From Candidatus Zhuqueibacterota bacterium (GTDB taxonomy: Bacteria > Zhuqueibacterota > Zhuqueibacteria > Residuimicrobiales > Krinioviventaceae): a stretch of DNA of 64,000 nt. The position numbers were made by a program, and so were the translations under genes. How positions within the stretch are numbered: the stretch's first letter is position 1; each line of letters starts with the position of its first letter. The DNA lies in assembly GCA_016928775.1 (NCBI GenBank), contig JAFGKD010000071.1, forward strand, positions 84,164 to 148,163, read 5' to 3'. Below, in pieces: positions 47,894 through 58,237 of this stretch. The notes beneath the pieces were generated by a model. It was given only the letters and a program-made list of their open reading frames with translations. It was not told where the DNA came from and did no database searches.

Positions 47894-49691
47894 CTGATTG
47901 TCGTTTGTAGATTTCTATTCGTGGAAATGTATACATCATGTCATGCATTGGATAGCGGCCCAGCAAAGGTATACCAAACAGTGTCGGTGAGTTATCAAAT
48001 ACATGGACCAATTTAAATTCAGCTTGCTCGGAGCGTAATTTTGTCAAGGCGTAAAACGAGTCTCGGGTATACTCTGATCTCTCGCCTATTCGCAAAAAAT
48101 CGATATAGTCGTATCTCGACAGCATGATGTACTCGGGTTGCTGTTCCAATACCTCGGCAATGGAAGTACTTTTAAAAAGAGAATAGCGGCTTTCATCAAT
48201 CGGGGGATCATCGCGGTTTTGCATGCCGGTTGAGCTTGTCATCAAACCAACGGGGGTGCTGTGCTGCACCTCACTTTCAAACCATTTTTTTGCGGTGATT
48301 CGAGGATCTTGCGCGACCAGACTCCCGGTGATGAGCGTGGAGTAGACACCCATATAAATAATAGTGCCCACTGTCAACAGGATAGCCACGGATTTGTAGG
48401 CTATTTTTGCGCTTGCCAAACCCCTGGCTAAAAAGTCAGCCGCCAAAATTATCATAAATGGAACCAGAAGCAGCGTATAACGAATAAAAAAATCGTTGGA
48501 TGTCACCAGGGCAAAAAAGTAAAATCCAATCCAAAACAAATATAGAATTTTTACTTTGTCAATCTTGAAAAAAGAGCGCACAAGCCCAACAAGCATGCTC
48601 ACCCACAAGAGTGTGCCACCCCAATTCCGCAGAACCACAAATATCTCATAAAGCACTTTATTGCCGATGCCCAGAAATATCAAACCATGTCCGCGGCGTT
48701 GCACAGTAACCTGAAACATAAAGTCTTTGATAAAAGCCTGCAGATCAAGCACCGTGTAAGGGGAGGTGAATATAAACACCAGAATCGACAACAGACATGG
48801 CGCCAAAAGCTTGATCTTGAACATTTTTTTAGCGAGATGCACAATTCGGTAAATGACCGTACCAGTGGTGGACTCCCACTCGCGCAAGGCGTGCGCGAGA
48901 ATCAGGCACAAAATTACAGCGCCGCCGTTGTATTTTATTCCGGCAGCCAGGCCACCCCAGAGTGCTGCCAAAAGATAATTTTTTAGCGCCCCATGTTCAA
49001 GTACCCTGATCGAATGATAAAATGAGAGAACGACAAACAGCAGGCACGGGACATCGGTCGTGACAAAATGCGAGTGCAACACGTGCACCGGCAAAATTGC
49101 CATAAAAATAAAGCTGAGAAGCGCTGTCCTCGTGCCGAATGTGTGCAGCGCAAGTCTATATACGGCATAAAGTGAGAGGAGGCCAAAGATCGCAATAGTA
49201 ATGCGGTTTGGAATGTAAAATACCGCCGGATCCGTGTGATATAATCCGGTAAAGTGCGATAGTGATACAAAACTGCCCAACAATGTACCACCGATAAAGA
49301 CAATGGCATCAACAAAAAACAGAATATACATGAGAAAAGAAGGATAGATGAACAAATGGGGATTCAAATCGCCGGAGAAAAAGTATACGCCGCGAGCGAT
49401 CATCAATCGTTCATCCGGATGAAAGATATACGGCATCCCCCAGCCAGCGCCGAGAACACGCAGGAGAGTCGCAATCAAAAAAATAGCAAAAAGGATTAGA
49501 ATATTATTTTGCTTGGCAGTTGATGCGTATGGTGACAATAGTGTTTTATCCGACAAATTATGATTTACTGGAATTGTATGGATATTATACAAATTACCTG
49601 TAAATATTGCAGAACAATTAATCGAAATTGTCGTTTTGCGCAGCTGCCAAAATTGCAGCGATGCGGCAAAATGTCCCGCAAAAAGGGACAT
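47886..49691 (-). CDS. GT-C (GT39-like) membrane glycosyltransferase; true start probably downstream of 49691
   Basis: HPDE, LNPHLFIYP, HSHFVTTD, GLAAGIKY, RYTLLL. Confidence 0.82.
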   Translation of the reverse strand: MSLFAGHFAASLQFWQLRKTTISINCSAIFTGNLYNIHTIPVNHNLSDKTLLSPYASTAKQNNILILFAIFLIATLLRVLGAGWGMPYIFHPDERLMIARGVYFFSGDLNPHLFIYPSFLMYILFFVDAIVFIGGTLLGSFVSLSHFTGLYHTDPAVFYIPNRITIAIFGLLSLYAVYRLALHTFGTRTALLSFIFMAILPVHVLHSHFVTTDVPCLLFVVLSFYHSIRVLEHGALKNYLLAALWGGLAAGIKYNGGAVILCLILAHALREWESTTGTVIYRIVHLAKKMFKIKLLAPCLLSILVFIFTSPYTVLDLQAFIKDFMFQVTVQRRGHGLIFLGIGNKVLYEIFVVLRNWGGTLLWVSMLVGLVRSFFKIDKVKILYLFWIGFYFFALVTSNDFFIRYTLLLVPFMIILAADFLARGLASAKIAYKSVAILLTVGTIIYMGVYSTLITGSLVAQDPRITAKKWFESEVQHSTPVGLMTSSTGMQNRDDPPIDESRYSLFKSTSIAEVLEQQPEYIMLSRYDYIDFLRIGERSEYTRDSFYALTKLRSEQAEFKLVHVFDNSPTLFGIPLLGRYPMHDMMYTFPRIEIYKRQSDE

Positions 49692-50018
49692 CGTAATGAT
49701 GATATGATGATTCAGGTCAACATCTTTTTCTTCAGGGGCGTTTTTTTGCTTCGTAACGAAAGCAAGGAATTGTGAAGTGTCTCATTCCGTATCGCAAAAC
49801 GCCAGTTGAAAAGCCATTGGGCGGAGAGAAGTGGTGAAAAGATCTCTTCAAAACAGGTACATGGCCGAGTTTCGAGATCACTTTGCTTGCTTTGGACGAA
49901 TCGCAGTAACCGCTGCGCTTTTTTTAGAGGCTTTCACATTTGAAATGCGATAAATTTCCGCGCCTGGCAAGGTCTTTGTTCCATAACGGTGTAAAAAATC
50001 AAAATCAAGGAGAGCAGA

Positions 50019-52601
50019 ATGTCAAATCTGTTAATTCGTCGATATGCACTCTTGTCAGCAATCTTTGTCCTTTGGCTATTATTCGGTGCTGCACCATTGT
50101 TTTCCGACTGGATTCTTGAAATTAATGATCCATTAACCAATGGTGTGACCGTTGGTCAGCAGGGCGGTGGTCGATTTACTGACCAGGGATGGAAAACCGA
50201 GACGCGATGGGATCATATTCAATATGATATTGAAACATGTTCTTATGGTAAAATCGAGTTTGACGTGCAGGGCCTGTATGCCAGTAACGAGGTGTTTCCG
50301 AATATCGAATATCATCGCGGTGTTCCGACCGGCGAGGAAGATATGCATTATACGCTGTTCAATATGTGGGATCGTGACGAGAACGATGAGTGGTATGGCC
50401 AAACAATCAACGGCATCCGGCAATGGCATAATCCGTGGAAGTGTCTTTTGCACATCTTTGGTTATGTGGTCGGCGACCGCTACAAATGGGAGCATGGTCG
50501 TTTTCGTTTGAATGTCGGTGCATATAGCGGTGGCTATGATGACGATCCGCATGCTTTTGAGCTCGAGTACGGCCCCGTACATTGGCAGGAAGAACATATC
50601 TTTCATGTGCGTTTGGAGTGGGGCAATGGCCACATGCACTATTATATTGATGATGAACTCCTGCAGCACGCCGATTATAGCTCATTCGGCACAGAATACG
50701 CACCGCCCTATCATAGCATGCGCATTGGTTCCGCAGAGACCGGTTGCAAAGGATTTGATATGCAAGTGCCGCAACAGATCACCTACAAAAATTTCAAATT
50801 TTATCGCAATTTTGACAACACGCCACCAACGGTCACAAACTTTACACCCGGCGACCGATCAGTTGATAATAAAATTGACTCGTACATATCCTTGACGATC
50901 AGTGAGAGCTTTGATTTTGCCTCGGCACAAGCAGCTTTTACACTGAGCCCGCATGTCGAGGGTGAGCTTGTATCCACCGGAACAACTCTATATTACGAAT
51001 TGGCCGAACTGCTCTCTCCCAATACAACCTACAATGTCACCTTATCCGACGCACTGATGGATCAGGCCGGTAATCATATGGAACATATATTTAAAGCGAC
51101 TTTTTCAACCGGCAGCGCGGAGATCAAAAAAGTTGAAAAAAACGGCATATTCGAATTACCCATCGTCGCAACCGGCATCAGCGGCAACAAGTACAAAGAT
51201 GCCAGACTGCACGGCGTTTTTCGCGGGCCAACACAAACGATCGACATTGATGGCTTTTGGAACGGCGGGGATCTCTGGAAAATTCGCATGATGCCGACGG
51301 AAGTGGGGCAATGGACGTATACGTTGTCAGGATCGCACAGCGCTTTTACGAAAAGCGGATCTTTTACGGTCGTTCAGTCCACGAAAAAAGGGCACATTCG
51401 CGCCAATCCTGATCATCCGTACACATTCATGTGGGATGATGGCACGCCCTGGATGTGGCACGGAGAGACGTCATGGCGCCTGTTCACCCAGCTTTATCCC
51501 TATAACAGTCGTTTCAAAGAGTACATTGATTATCGATATGCCCAGGGATATAATGTCGTGCAGGCTATCGTGGTGAGCTATATCAACGGTGACGCCTTTT
51601 GGGCGAACGAAGGCGGTCCTGTTTTTGCCTTGACACAGGACGGCAAGGATTATGATCATCTGAATCCCGGCTATTTTCAATGGATGGATCGACGTATCGA
51701 ATATATGAATGGCCTTGATATGGCGCCGGTGATCTTTTTTACCTGGGCGCAGGAATTTGTCAAGTTTTCGGATGACCAGTTCAAACGTTATGTCGAGTAC
51801 ATGGTGGCACGATTCGCCGCCTACAATGTGTTCTGGTGTCTGTCGGGTGAACACAGCGAGGTTTACGTGGATTATGGTCTCTCGCCATCCGTGTGGCGGC
51901 AGCACGGACAAACTGTAGCCGCTGTGGATCCCTACGATCATCCGGTCACCCTGCATCCTGGTCCAAATTCGCGGTCGAGCGCCGAATTTGCCTATGATGA
52001 CTGGTTTGGCTTTATCATGCACCAGTCACCGGATTTTCACTCGCTCGTTCTCAAAGATCGGGTGCATGCCAAACCGGTTGTCAATGGCGAGTACGCCTAT
52101 GCCGGCTGGACAGCCGATGATAACTGGCTGCGCTACGGTGCCTGGGAGATTTTTACTGCGGGTGGATTCTCGACTGCCGGATTTTTCACCACCTTTGCGC
52201 CGGATAAAGGCGGCTATGATTTGAATGCGAATATGCAGCAACAACAGGAAATGGAATACTTTCACAGCTTTACCAAACAGGTCGCCTGGTGGAGGATGCA
52301 GCCGCATGATGAGCTCGCGAGCAAAGGCTACTGTCTCGCCAATCCCGGCAGCGAGTATGTCGTTTATTCTCGCGATGGCGGTAACACCAGTGTGAATCTT
52401 GCTGCAGCAACCGGTGATTTAAAAGTCCGATGGCTCAATCCCAAAACGGGCGACTACTCGACCGGCGCAACCGTCACTGGAGGCGGAACTGTCTCGCTGA
52501 CACCGCCTTTCACTGGCGAGTGGGTACTGCATCTGGGAGGTGAGTTTGATATGGCGGCGCCGGCTGCACCAACCGGACTGGTGTTGGAAGAGAGTCAGTA
52601 A
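50019..52601 (+). CDS. Secreted multidomain DUF5060/DUF4038 (apiosidase-like) protein with Ig-like and collagen-binding-like domains
   Basis: Signal; N-terminal beta-rich domain; DNTPPTV..PNTTY Ig-like; GFWNGG..WKIR; GETSW, NPGYF, WCLSGE, VVNGEY; WLNPKTG. Confidence 0.8.
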   Translation: MSNLLIRRYALLSAIFVLWLLFGAAPLFSDWILEINDPLTNGVTVGQQGGGRFTDQGWKTETRWDHIQYDIETCSYGKIEFDVQGLYASNEVFPNIEYHRGVPTGEEDMHYTLFNMWDRDENDEWYGQTINGIRQWHNPWKCLLHIFGYVVGDRYKWEHGRFRLNVGAYSGGYDDDPHAFELEYGPVHWQEEHIFHVRLEWGNGHMHYYIDDELLQHADYSSFGTEYAPPYHSMRIGSAETGCKGFDMQVPQQITYKNFKFYRNFDNTPPTVTNFTPGDRSVDNKIDSYISLTISESFDFASAQAAFTLSPHVEGELVSTGTTLYYELAELLSPNTTYNVTLSDALMDQAGNHMEHIFKATFSTGSAEIKKVEKNGIFELPIVATGISGNKYKDARLHGVFRGPTQTIDIDGFWNGGDLWKIRMMPTEVGQWTYTLSGSHSAFTKSGSFTVVQSTKKGHIRANPDHPYTFMWDDGTPWMWHGETSWRLFTQLYPYNSRFKEYIDYRYAQGYNVVQAIVVSYINGDAFWANEGGPVFALTQDGKDYDHLNPGYFQWMDRRIEYMNGLDMAPVIFFTWAQEFVKFSDDQFKRYVEYMVARFAAYNVFWCLSGEHSEVYVDYGLSPSVWRQHGQTVAAVDPYDHPVTLHPGPNSRSSAEFAYDDWFGFIMHQSPDFHSLVLKDRVHAKPVVNGEYAYAGWTADDNWLRYGAWEIFTAGGFSTAGFFTTFAPDKGGYDLNANMQQQQEMEYFHSFTKQVAWWRMQPHDELASKGYCLANPGSEYVVYSRDGGNTSVNLAAATGDLKVRWLNPKTGDYSTGATVTGGGTVSLTPPFTGEWVLHLGGEFDMAAPAAPTGLVLEESQ

Positions 52602-52624
52602 TTTTCTTTAGCCTGAAAAATACA

Positions 52625-52669
52625 TTCACACGAAGACACAAAGACAGTTTCTTGGTGGCTTCGTGTGAA
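52625..52669. terminator. Hairpin between convergent genes (REP-like, possible bidirectional terminator)
   Basis: TTCACACGAAGACACAAAGA-cagtt-TCTTGGTGGCTTCGTGTGAA. Confidence 0.6.
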
Positions 52670-52699
52670 AAGTCTGTTCCATTATTACTGTAATGGCAT

Positions 52700-54640
52700 T
52701 CATTCACAACGAATCACAAATCCGCCATACGGCAGCATTTTGATGTCCTGAGCACCAACCGAGAGCGTCCGAATATCAAACGAGTCTTTTGTCGCATCAC
52801 CTATCAATAACGCCTCGTTTGCTGCAAATTGACTCAAGTCTATAGTGACATTTTTTTCTTCCTTCAAACCACTGATGCCGGCGATTGTCCAGCTATCACC
52901 TTTCCGACGAGCCAATACAACGAATTCGCCAGGTTGGCCCGCTATAAACTTGATCTCATCCCAGGTCGTCGGTACATCTTTGAGGAACTGTTTTGCCGCG
53001 TCGGGCAACGTGAGGTAGCCGGCGGGCTGGTCCGCAAAATGCTGGATGCCGGATTGAAAAACCACTGACAACGCCAGCTCATGTCCGACGGTGGTAAGAT
53101 GCGGATATTCCATATTGGTAAAGGTGACCGGCGTGTAATCCATTGGGCCAATGACATTACGAGTGAACACCAGATTCACATTGTGCCACACCGCTTTTTC
53201 CGGATATTCGGGGGCAAATTTGTAACTCTCGGCGCCGCGCATCGACTCTAACGTCAACATATTTGGATAGGTGCGCTCCCAGCCGCGCGGGATCGTGCAC
53301 CCGTGAAAATTGACCAGGATGTTGTAATCATTGGCATCTTTCATCAAATCAATATAATATTGAATCGCCGCCTGTTTGTCGCTGTGCCAAAAATCGACTT
53401 TGACGCCCTTGACGCCAATTTCCTGCAGCCACGCGAATTCTTGACGACGCCGTTCTTTTTCATACAAACGGTCGCGTGGCGCTTCGGTGACAATGTTGTG
53501 CGGGCCGCCGGAATTGTACCACACCAAAACGCCGATGCCTTTTTCGTTCGCATAATTGACAAAGTCGAGCAAATCTTCCATCGGTTCATAATTCCAGTTG
53601 GCGTCGAGCAGATAGTATTCCCACCCCATTTCAACCGCGAGATCGATAAAGGTCTTTTGTTTGGCGAAATTGCGCGGACTATCGCTGTCCGACCACCAGC
53701 TCCACGCCGCGCGTCCGGGTTTAATATAATCGCCAACCGGGAAAGCCGGCGGATCGGCCAAATGTGTGACCAGGTTTGATTCGACGATATCCCCGGGCTC
53801 GTCACCAACAATGATGACTTTCCAGGAAGATTCCCACGGCAGGGAAACAACCGGGGTCACGGCACCGACACCTTCACCATCGGCTTCTTCGGGAAAGCGC
53901 ACTTTATAGAGTCCATCGGGGGCGTCCTGATGCAGGCGAGTACCGCAATAGGAACCATTCAAGCCGGACTCGCTGAGCAGGACGTAGTTTTGCCCCTCAT
54001 TGATCCTGAACAGGGCCGGAAAAGCCCAGCCGGCTTCGGTAGGTGAGGAGGAGCCGACCTCATACTGGCCATAGTAATTCTCATACGCCGGCCACCATTG
54101 GCCGGGATTGTCGTACGGCATGATAAAGGCCGTGCCGGCCGGTATTTTAAAGCCGGTGACTTCGCCGGTGATCACTTTTTCGCCCTCGCCGGGAAGCGCA
54201 TATTTTAAACCCACGCCGTCGTTATAGGCGCGAACAATAACCTCACATCGAGCGTTCTTTTCATTCATGAACGTAAGAGTGAGCTGACTGGCATTGTTGG
54301 TCAGATCACTTTTTTTGCCGTTGTGCAGGGTGTACTTTTCGTTGATCTTTTGTCTCGATTTGGCAAGAAAAATGAGGTTTTCCGAAAAAGAGTCGTCCTC
54401 ACAGTCAAGGCCAAGCGGCGAAGCTTTGATAACCGTTTGTGAACCACAGCTAACCTGGTACTGGAGTCGACCTTGACTGCTGAGCGTTGACTCGCCCTGC
54501 TCGTCCTGAGCGAGCTCCAGTGTGACAACAATTTGACCATCAGGCGATTTGACAACCCATCGATTGGGATTGTTGATAAAGGAACACATCATCAGCAAAG
54601 CTGTCAAGACAAACAGGCAGGCTAAAATAAAGTATCGCAT
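52700..54640 (-). CDS. Glycoside hydrolase family 97
   Basis: VRAYNDG, IKPGRAAWSWW, LLDANW, GVKVDF, VNFHG, GPMDYTP. Confidence 0.93.
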   Translation of the reverse strand: MRYFILACLFVLTALLMMCSFINNPNRWVVKSPDGQIVVTLELAQDEQGESTLSSQGRLQYQVSCGSQTVIKASPLGLDCEDDSFSENLIFLAKSRQKINEKYTLHNGKKSDLTNNASQLTLTFMNEKNARCEVIVRAYNDGVGLKYALPGEGEKVITGEVTGFKIPAGTAFIMPYDNPGQWWPAYENYYGQYEVGSSSPTEAGWAFPALFRINEGQNYVLLSESGLNGSYCGTRLHQDAPDGLYKVRFPEEADGEGVGAVTPVVSLPWESSWKVIIVGDEPGDIVESNLVTHLADPPAFPVGDYIKPGRAAWSWWSDSDSPRNFAKQKTFIDLAVEMGWEYYLLDANWNYEPMEDLLDFVNYANEKGIGVLVWYNSGGPHNIVTEAPRDRLYEKERRRQEFAWLQEIGVKGVKVDFWHSDKQAAIQYYIDLMKDANDYNILVNFHGCTIPRGWERTYPNMLTLESMRGAESYKFAPEYPEKAVWHNVNLVFTRNVIGPMDYTPVTFTNMEYPHLTTVGHELALSVVFQSGIQHFADQPAGYLTLPDAAKQFLKDVPTTWDEIKFIAGQPGEFVVLARRKGDSWTIAGISGLKEEKNVTIDLSQFAANEALLIGDATKDSFDIRTLSVGAQDIKMLPYGGFVIRCE

Positions 54641-54680
54641 ACGTTACTCCTCAAAAAGTGTTATTGTGTAGTTTTGTTCT

Positions 54681-56486
54681 CTATTTCTTTTCGATCAGCC
54701 GACATACCTTCAGGCCATTTTCCGCCAACATCGCAGGTATTTCTTTGATCGCATTTATATCATATTGCTGAATATCAGGAGAGAGCTCCTGCCACGGCAG
54801 TAAATTATCGTGCAGTTTTCGCTCGTCGTCGCGCTCACCGTAGGTCCACCCGGACATAATTTTATCGGCCATCCATCGGTTGTGCTCCATTCGAGCCAAT
54901 TGATAAACAACCTCTACGTCGCTGGTGAAATCATATTCCGGCCGGGTGTCATGCAATGGCGCCAATTCACAGCCGATAGCGCGTAATTTAACCGGAATAT
55001 GCTCGGCCAAACTACGATTGCTCACTTTGATTTCCTCCGGCAGCTCGTTCCAGGGTACCATTGCCGGTTTGGGCCTGGGCTCGGCATCAATAGTACATTC
55101 GCCTCGCTGATAGCGCTGCCGGAAATCCTGTTTCTTTTGATCAAAGATGTCTTGTTCCCGTCGCAGATAGCAGAGGTGGAAATGTCTGGCTAACGCTTCC
55201 AGTTCTTCTTCGATGATGACCTTTTTATCATAAGCTTGAAAAAACGGATTGATGGCTATAACGTTTTGGGCTTGTGTTATCCCGGACAATGGCGGCAGAT
55301 CATCGTTGTGGCAAATGATATAAAAAATCCGTTTAGCGAGCGTTTGTCTGAGCGCATGAAAGGTTAAAATTTGCTCGGATATATTGTTTTGGCAGAGATA
55401 AACCACCGAAATGGAACCAATAAATTCCTGGTACTGCGACTGACGGGAGCTCGAGCTTTCGGATAAATGCTGTTTAAAATCAACATCTGCAATGAGGGGC
55501 AGATCGGGATAGCGAGTGTAAAAATCCATTTTATTGGATTCGGCTTTTCGATCAATGATGGTCAGGCGAATTTTTTGACAATCAATGAATTGGCCGATAC
55601 GAATCAATTGCATGGTCAATGCTTCGCCAAAATCGCCGAATCCAACGACCAGGCAGTGCCTGGGCTTTGTGACATATTCGGCTGACTTTTGGTAATGAAC
55701 AGGTGCAAAAATGTCCGGGGCGAATTTTTTACCAATGATGCGCGCGGCATTGTAATAGCCGTTATAGAGGCGCCCGTCAAAATAGGGAGTTGTTTTGGTG
55801 ACGACATCCAGATCGTTCAGCTCGGCTAACAGCTTTGTATTGCTGATATGCGCCCAGGCGAGGAGCAGGCTGGATGTGCTTTCTTTTTTAATGTCCAGCG
55901 CCAGACGGAGAATGTGGATATTGGTAATGTCGTCACTGGTTGTGGCGATGAGGTATTTCGCCCGTCCTACTCCGGCTAATCGCAAACGTGAAAATGGTGA
56001 ATCGGACGGCGATATATGAATGACATACCGCGTGGAGAGCCACTCCCGGGTAGACTCGTTGGTATCGATATAGACGATTCTGGTTTTTGGCTCAGCCTGG
56101 ATAAAGCTCTCCAGCGTATGTCGGGCATGCTCACTTGCTCCATACAAAATGACATGGTTTTTCCAGAGGGAGATGCGTCGGTATAAAATGGTCCTCCGAA
56201 AAACCGCGACATAAATTTTAGTCGCTCCCCAAATGAGCAGAACGGTGCCGGTCCAGCTCGCTAATTTGATTAAAATATTATGATTTTTGTCAAAGTCGTA
56301 CTCGAGAATGAACAATTGCAAGGTGTCATACAGTGCCCGTTGCATCACATCAAGAGTGACACCGTTGACGCCATAATATTGAATATACCCCGTTATGCCC
56401 AAAGCGAGTGTGATCACACAGCTCACGACAGGCAGCAACGCTCCCTTGAAACTGTCGCGCAGCCATCTTTTTTTTTCGGGTTGCAT
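54681..56486 (-). CDS. Membrane protein with RCK/TrkA-N-like domains and tandem RyR domains
   Basis: Two N-terminal TMs; NHVILYG and HCLVVGFGDFG Rossmann motifs; PWNELPEEIKVSN, LARMEHNRW..GWTYG..HDNLLPWQEL. Confidence 0.85.
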   Translation of the reverse strand: MQPEKKRWLRDSFKGALLPVVSCVITLALGITGYIQYYGVNGVTLDVMQRALYDTLQLFILEYDFDKNHNILIKLASWTGTVLLIWGATKIYVAVFRRTILYRRISLWKNHVILYGASEHARHTLESFIQAEPKTRIVYIDTNESTREWLSTRYVIHISPSDSPFSRLRLAGVGRAKYLIATTSDDITNIHILRLALDIKKESTSSLLLAWAHISNTKLLAELNDLDVVTKTTPYFDGRLYNGYYNAARIIGKKFAPDIFAPVHYQKSAEYVTKPRHCLVVGFGDFGEALTMQLIRIGQFIDCQKIRLTIIDRKAESNKMDFYTRYPDLPLIADVDFKQHLSESSSSRQSQYQEFIGSISVVYLCQNNISEQILTFHALRQTLAKRIFYIICHNDDLPPLSGITQAQNVIAINPFFQAYDKKVIIEEELEALARHFHLCYLRREQDIFDQKKQDFRQRYQRGECTIDAEPRPKPAMVPWNELPEEIKVSNRSLAEHIPVKLRAIGCELAPLHDTRPEYDFTSDVEVVYQLARMEHNRWMADKIMSGWTYGERDDERKLHDNLLPWQELSPDIQQYDINAIKEIPAMLAENGLKVCRLIEKK

Positions 56487-56598
56487 GATTCCCTCGGAGT
56501 TTGAAAGTGAGCAATCTTTGCTGACTATTTAATGCAGTGCCCGGGATCGCACATAGCAGTATGATTCGAGCAGCACACGACACACGCAACCATTTGTG

Positions 56599-57459
56599 TC
56601 ATTGTTGAAAAAATTTGACTTTTGCCAGATACTCGAAGCAGCGTGCTGCGAGGCGCTGCAATTCAGCATTCTGCCGGCTTGATGGCTTGCCGAGACCGGA
56701 ACCCTCCACTGTCAAATTAAAATTGACACCAGTGACTGTATTGCCATTTAAAATCCTGACAGGCACAGGATGAATATCATTGGGCAAACGGCTCATGGTA
56801 GCTTGATCCATCCAGGTCAGGGCATATTGCTTGGGAATATAGAGCGCAATAATAGCATAATCGCCATTCTCGAGACCTTGAATAATATAGGCACCGGATT
56901 GTGACATAAAGGCGGCTCCCATTTTCCCTGTTGTCAAATCTGCTGCCGTCACAATCGCTGCACCCTGGCCAAAATCGCCGGTCACGCTCAAGCTGCCGGT
57001 TATTTTACCGCCAGTCACTTTGGGCATGTTTTTGCTAAAGGCGTAAGTGTCCTCGCCTTCGACAAAATGTAATTTGCTGTCCTGAAGATAAATTTCATCA
57101 GCATAGACAAGACCGCCCATCAGGTCAGCGAACATCATCTGCAGGCAATTTTGCGTCGACGGATCAACATCCGGTGCAATAAACATATATTCGCCATCTT
57201 TCACATCATAATCGATTTCCAGCAATGACACCTCGGCTGCTCCGTTCATCACGCCTATTGAAGCGGTGCTATCGTTTCGGTTATTCAGAAAAAGCATTAT
57301 AGCCATGCCTGAGTCTTCGTCACGATGCAGGTGATACCATGTGCCGGCAATGGTTTGCATGGTGATTTTGTCAATTTTGGGTGAAACGGGATCATCTTCT
57401 TTGCAGCAAAAAGTAACGAGCACTAAAACAAAAATCACACAAATCAGTTTTTGTGCCAT
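56599..57459 (-). CDS. Hypothetical lipoprotein with an Ig/carboxypeptidase-regulatory-like C-terminal domain
   Basis: VTFCCKEDDPVSP lipoprotein N-terminus; GKITG..GAYIIQGLENGDY; GAGGAG RBS. Confidence 0.65.
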   Translation of the reverse strand: MAQKLICVIFVLVLVTFCCKEDDPVSPKIDKITMQTIAGTWYHLHRDEDSGMAIMLFLNNRNDSTASIGVMNGAAEVSLLEIDYDVKDGEYMFIAPDVDPSTQNCLQMMFADLMGGLVYADEIYLQDSKLHFVEGEDTYAFSKNMPKVTGGKITGSLSVTGDFGQGAAIVTAADLTTGKMGAAFMSQSGAYIIQGLENGDYAIIALYIPKQYALTWMDQATMSRLPNDIHPVPVRILNGNTVTGVNFNLTVEGSGLGKPSSRQNAELQRLAARCFEYLAKVKFFQQ

Positions 57460-57622
57460 TTTTCAAATCTCCTCTTTTATGAAATGTGCCGGTAAAAGAT
57501 CAGCATTTTTAAGGTGACATCAAAGCTTAAAATAGCTTTTAATGGCGTATTCGAACCAGGGTGCGGGAAGACAGGACTTGAAGAATCGCCGACATAAAAA
57601 ATTGGACTCGGAATCCTCAATC

Positions 57623-58060
57623 CTAACGCAAGTTCACCATTCCATTGAATAGACATAGGTTTTTTATTAGACTTGCCTCCATTTTCGTTCTTTGATATAA
57701 CTTATGGGTCACTACAGATTTTGATGATGTTGAGTGACAAATGAGTGAAATCGGTATGAATGAGTTCATCGAGTCCGGATATCTCTTGCGTCCAGAGGTG
57801 CAAATGCCTTTCACTCCCGGGATGCACCAGACGCCCAATAATCAAGAGCATGGCAATCTCGATTTGACGTGTGCTGAATCCGCATGTTTTAAGGCATTGA
57901 CGCAGATGCAGTTTGTTGAAAAAAGTGAAATCCAGGTATTCACCGCCAATGCATGGCTTCATTACGGTTGGTCAGGATCTCCCACTTTTCTTTGGCAATG
58001 GGTAGACGGCCCAAAGACAATTTTAATGGTTTTTGGGCTGTTTTTATATATTCTGTGGTG
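57623..58060 (-). pseudogene. Decayed IS1634-family transposase N-terminal fragment
   Basis: Fragments in different frames: LGRLPIAKEKWEILTNR; IGGEY..KLHL..IIGRLVHPGSERHLHLW..SGLDELI; KLYQRTKMEASL; family assignment from motif recall. Confidence 0.68.
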
Positions 58061-58237
58061 AACTTTTAAGAAATTGTTTAAAAACCGGGTGACATAGCCG
58101 CAGATCTTTCACTCGAGGGCTGACCAGTAGTTAATAAATTTCGAGAATATCCTCCATTGCACAAATCCGATAATATTCATAATTTCCTGTTGTTTTGTGA
58201 GCAGAATAGATTGGGTGAACCTTAGCACGAACATTGT

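Noticed and set aside
49790..49880. Possible c-di-GMP-I riboswitch upstream of the DUF4038 gene (GCAAAAC...GAAA...GGCCGAGTTTCG)
   Set aside because: The conserved GGACGCAAAG junction and tetraloop receptor are not matched and the stems pair poorly; a cmsearch against Rfam would be needed to revive it
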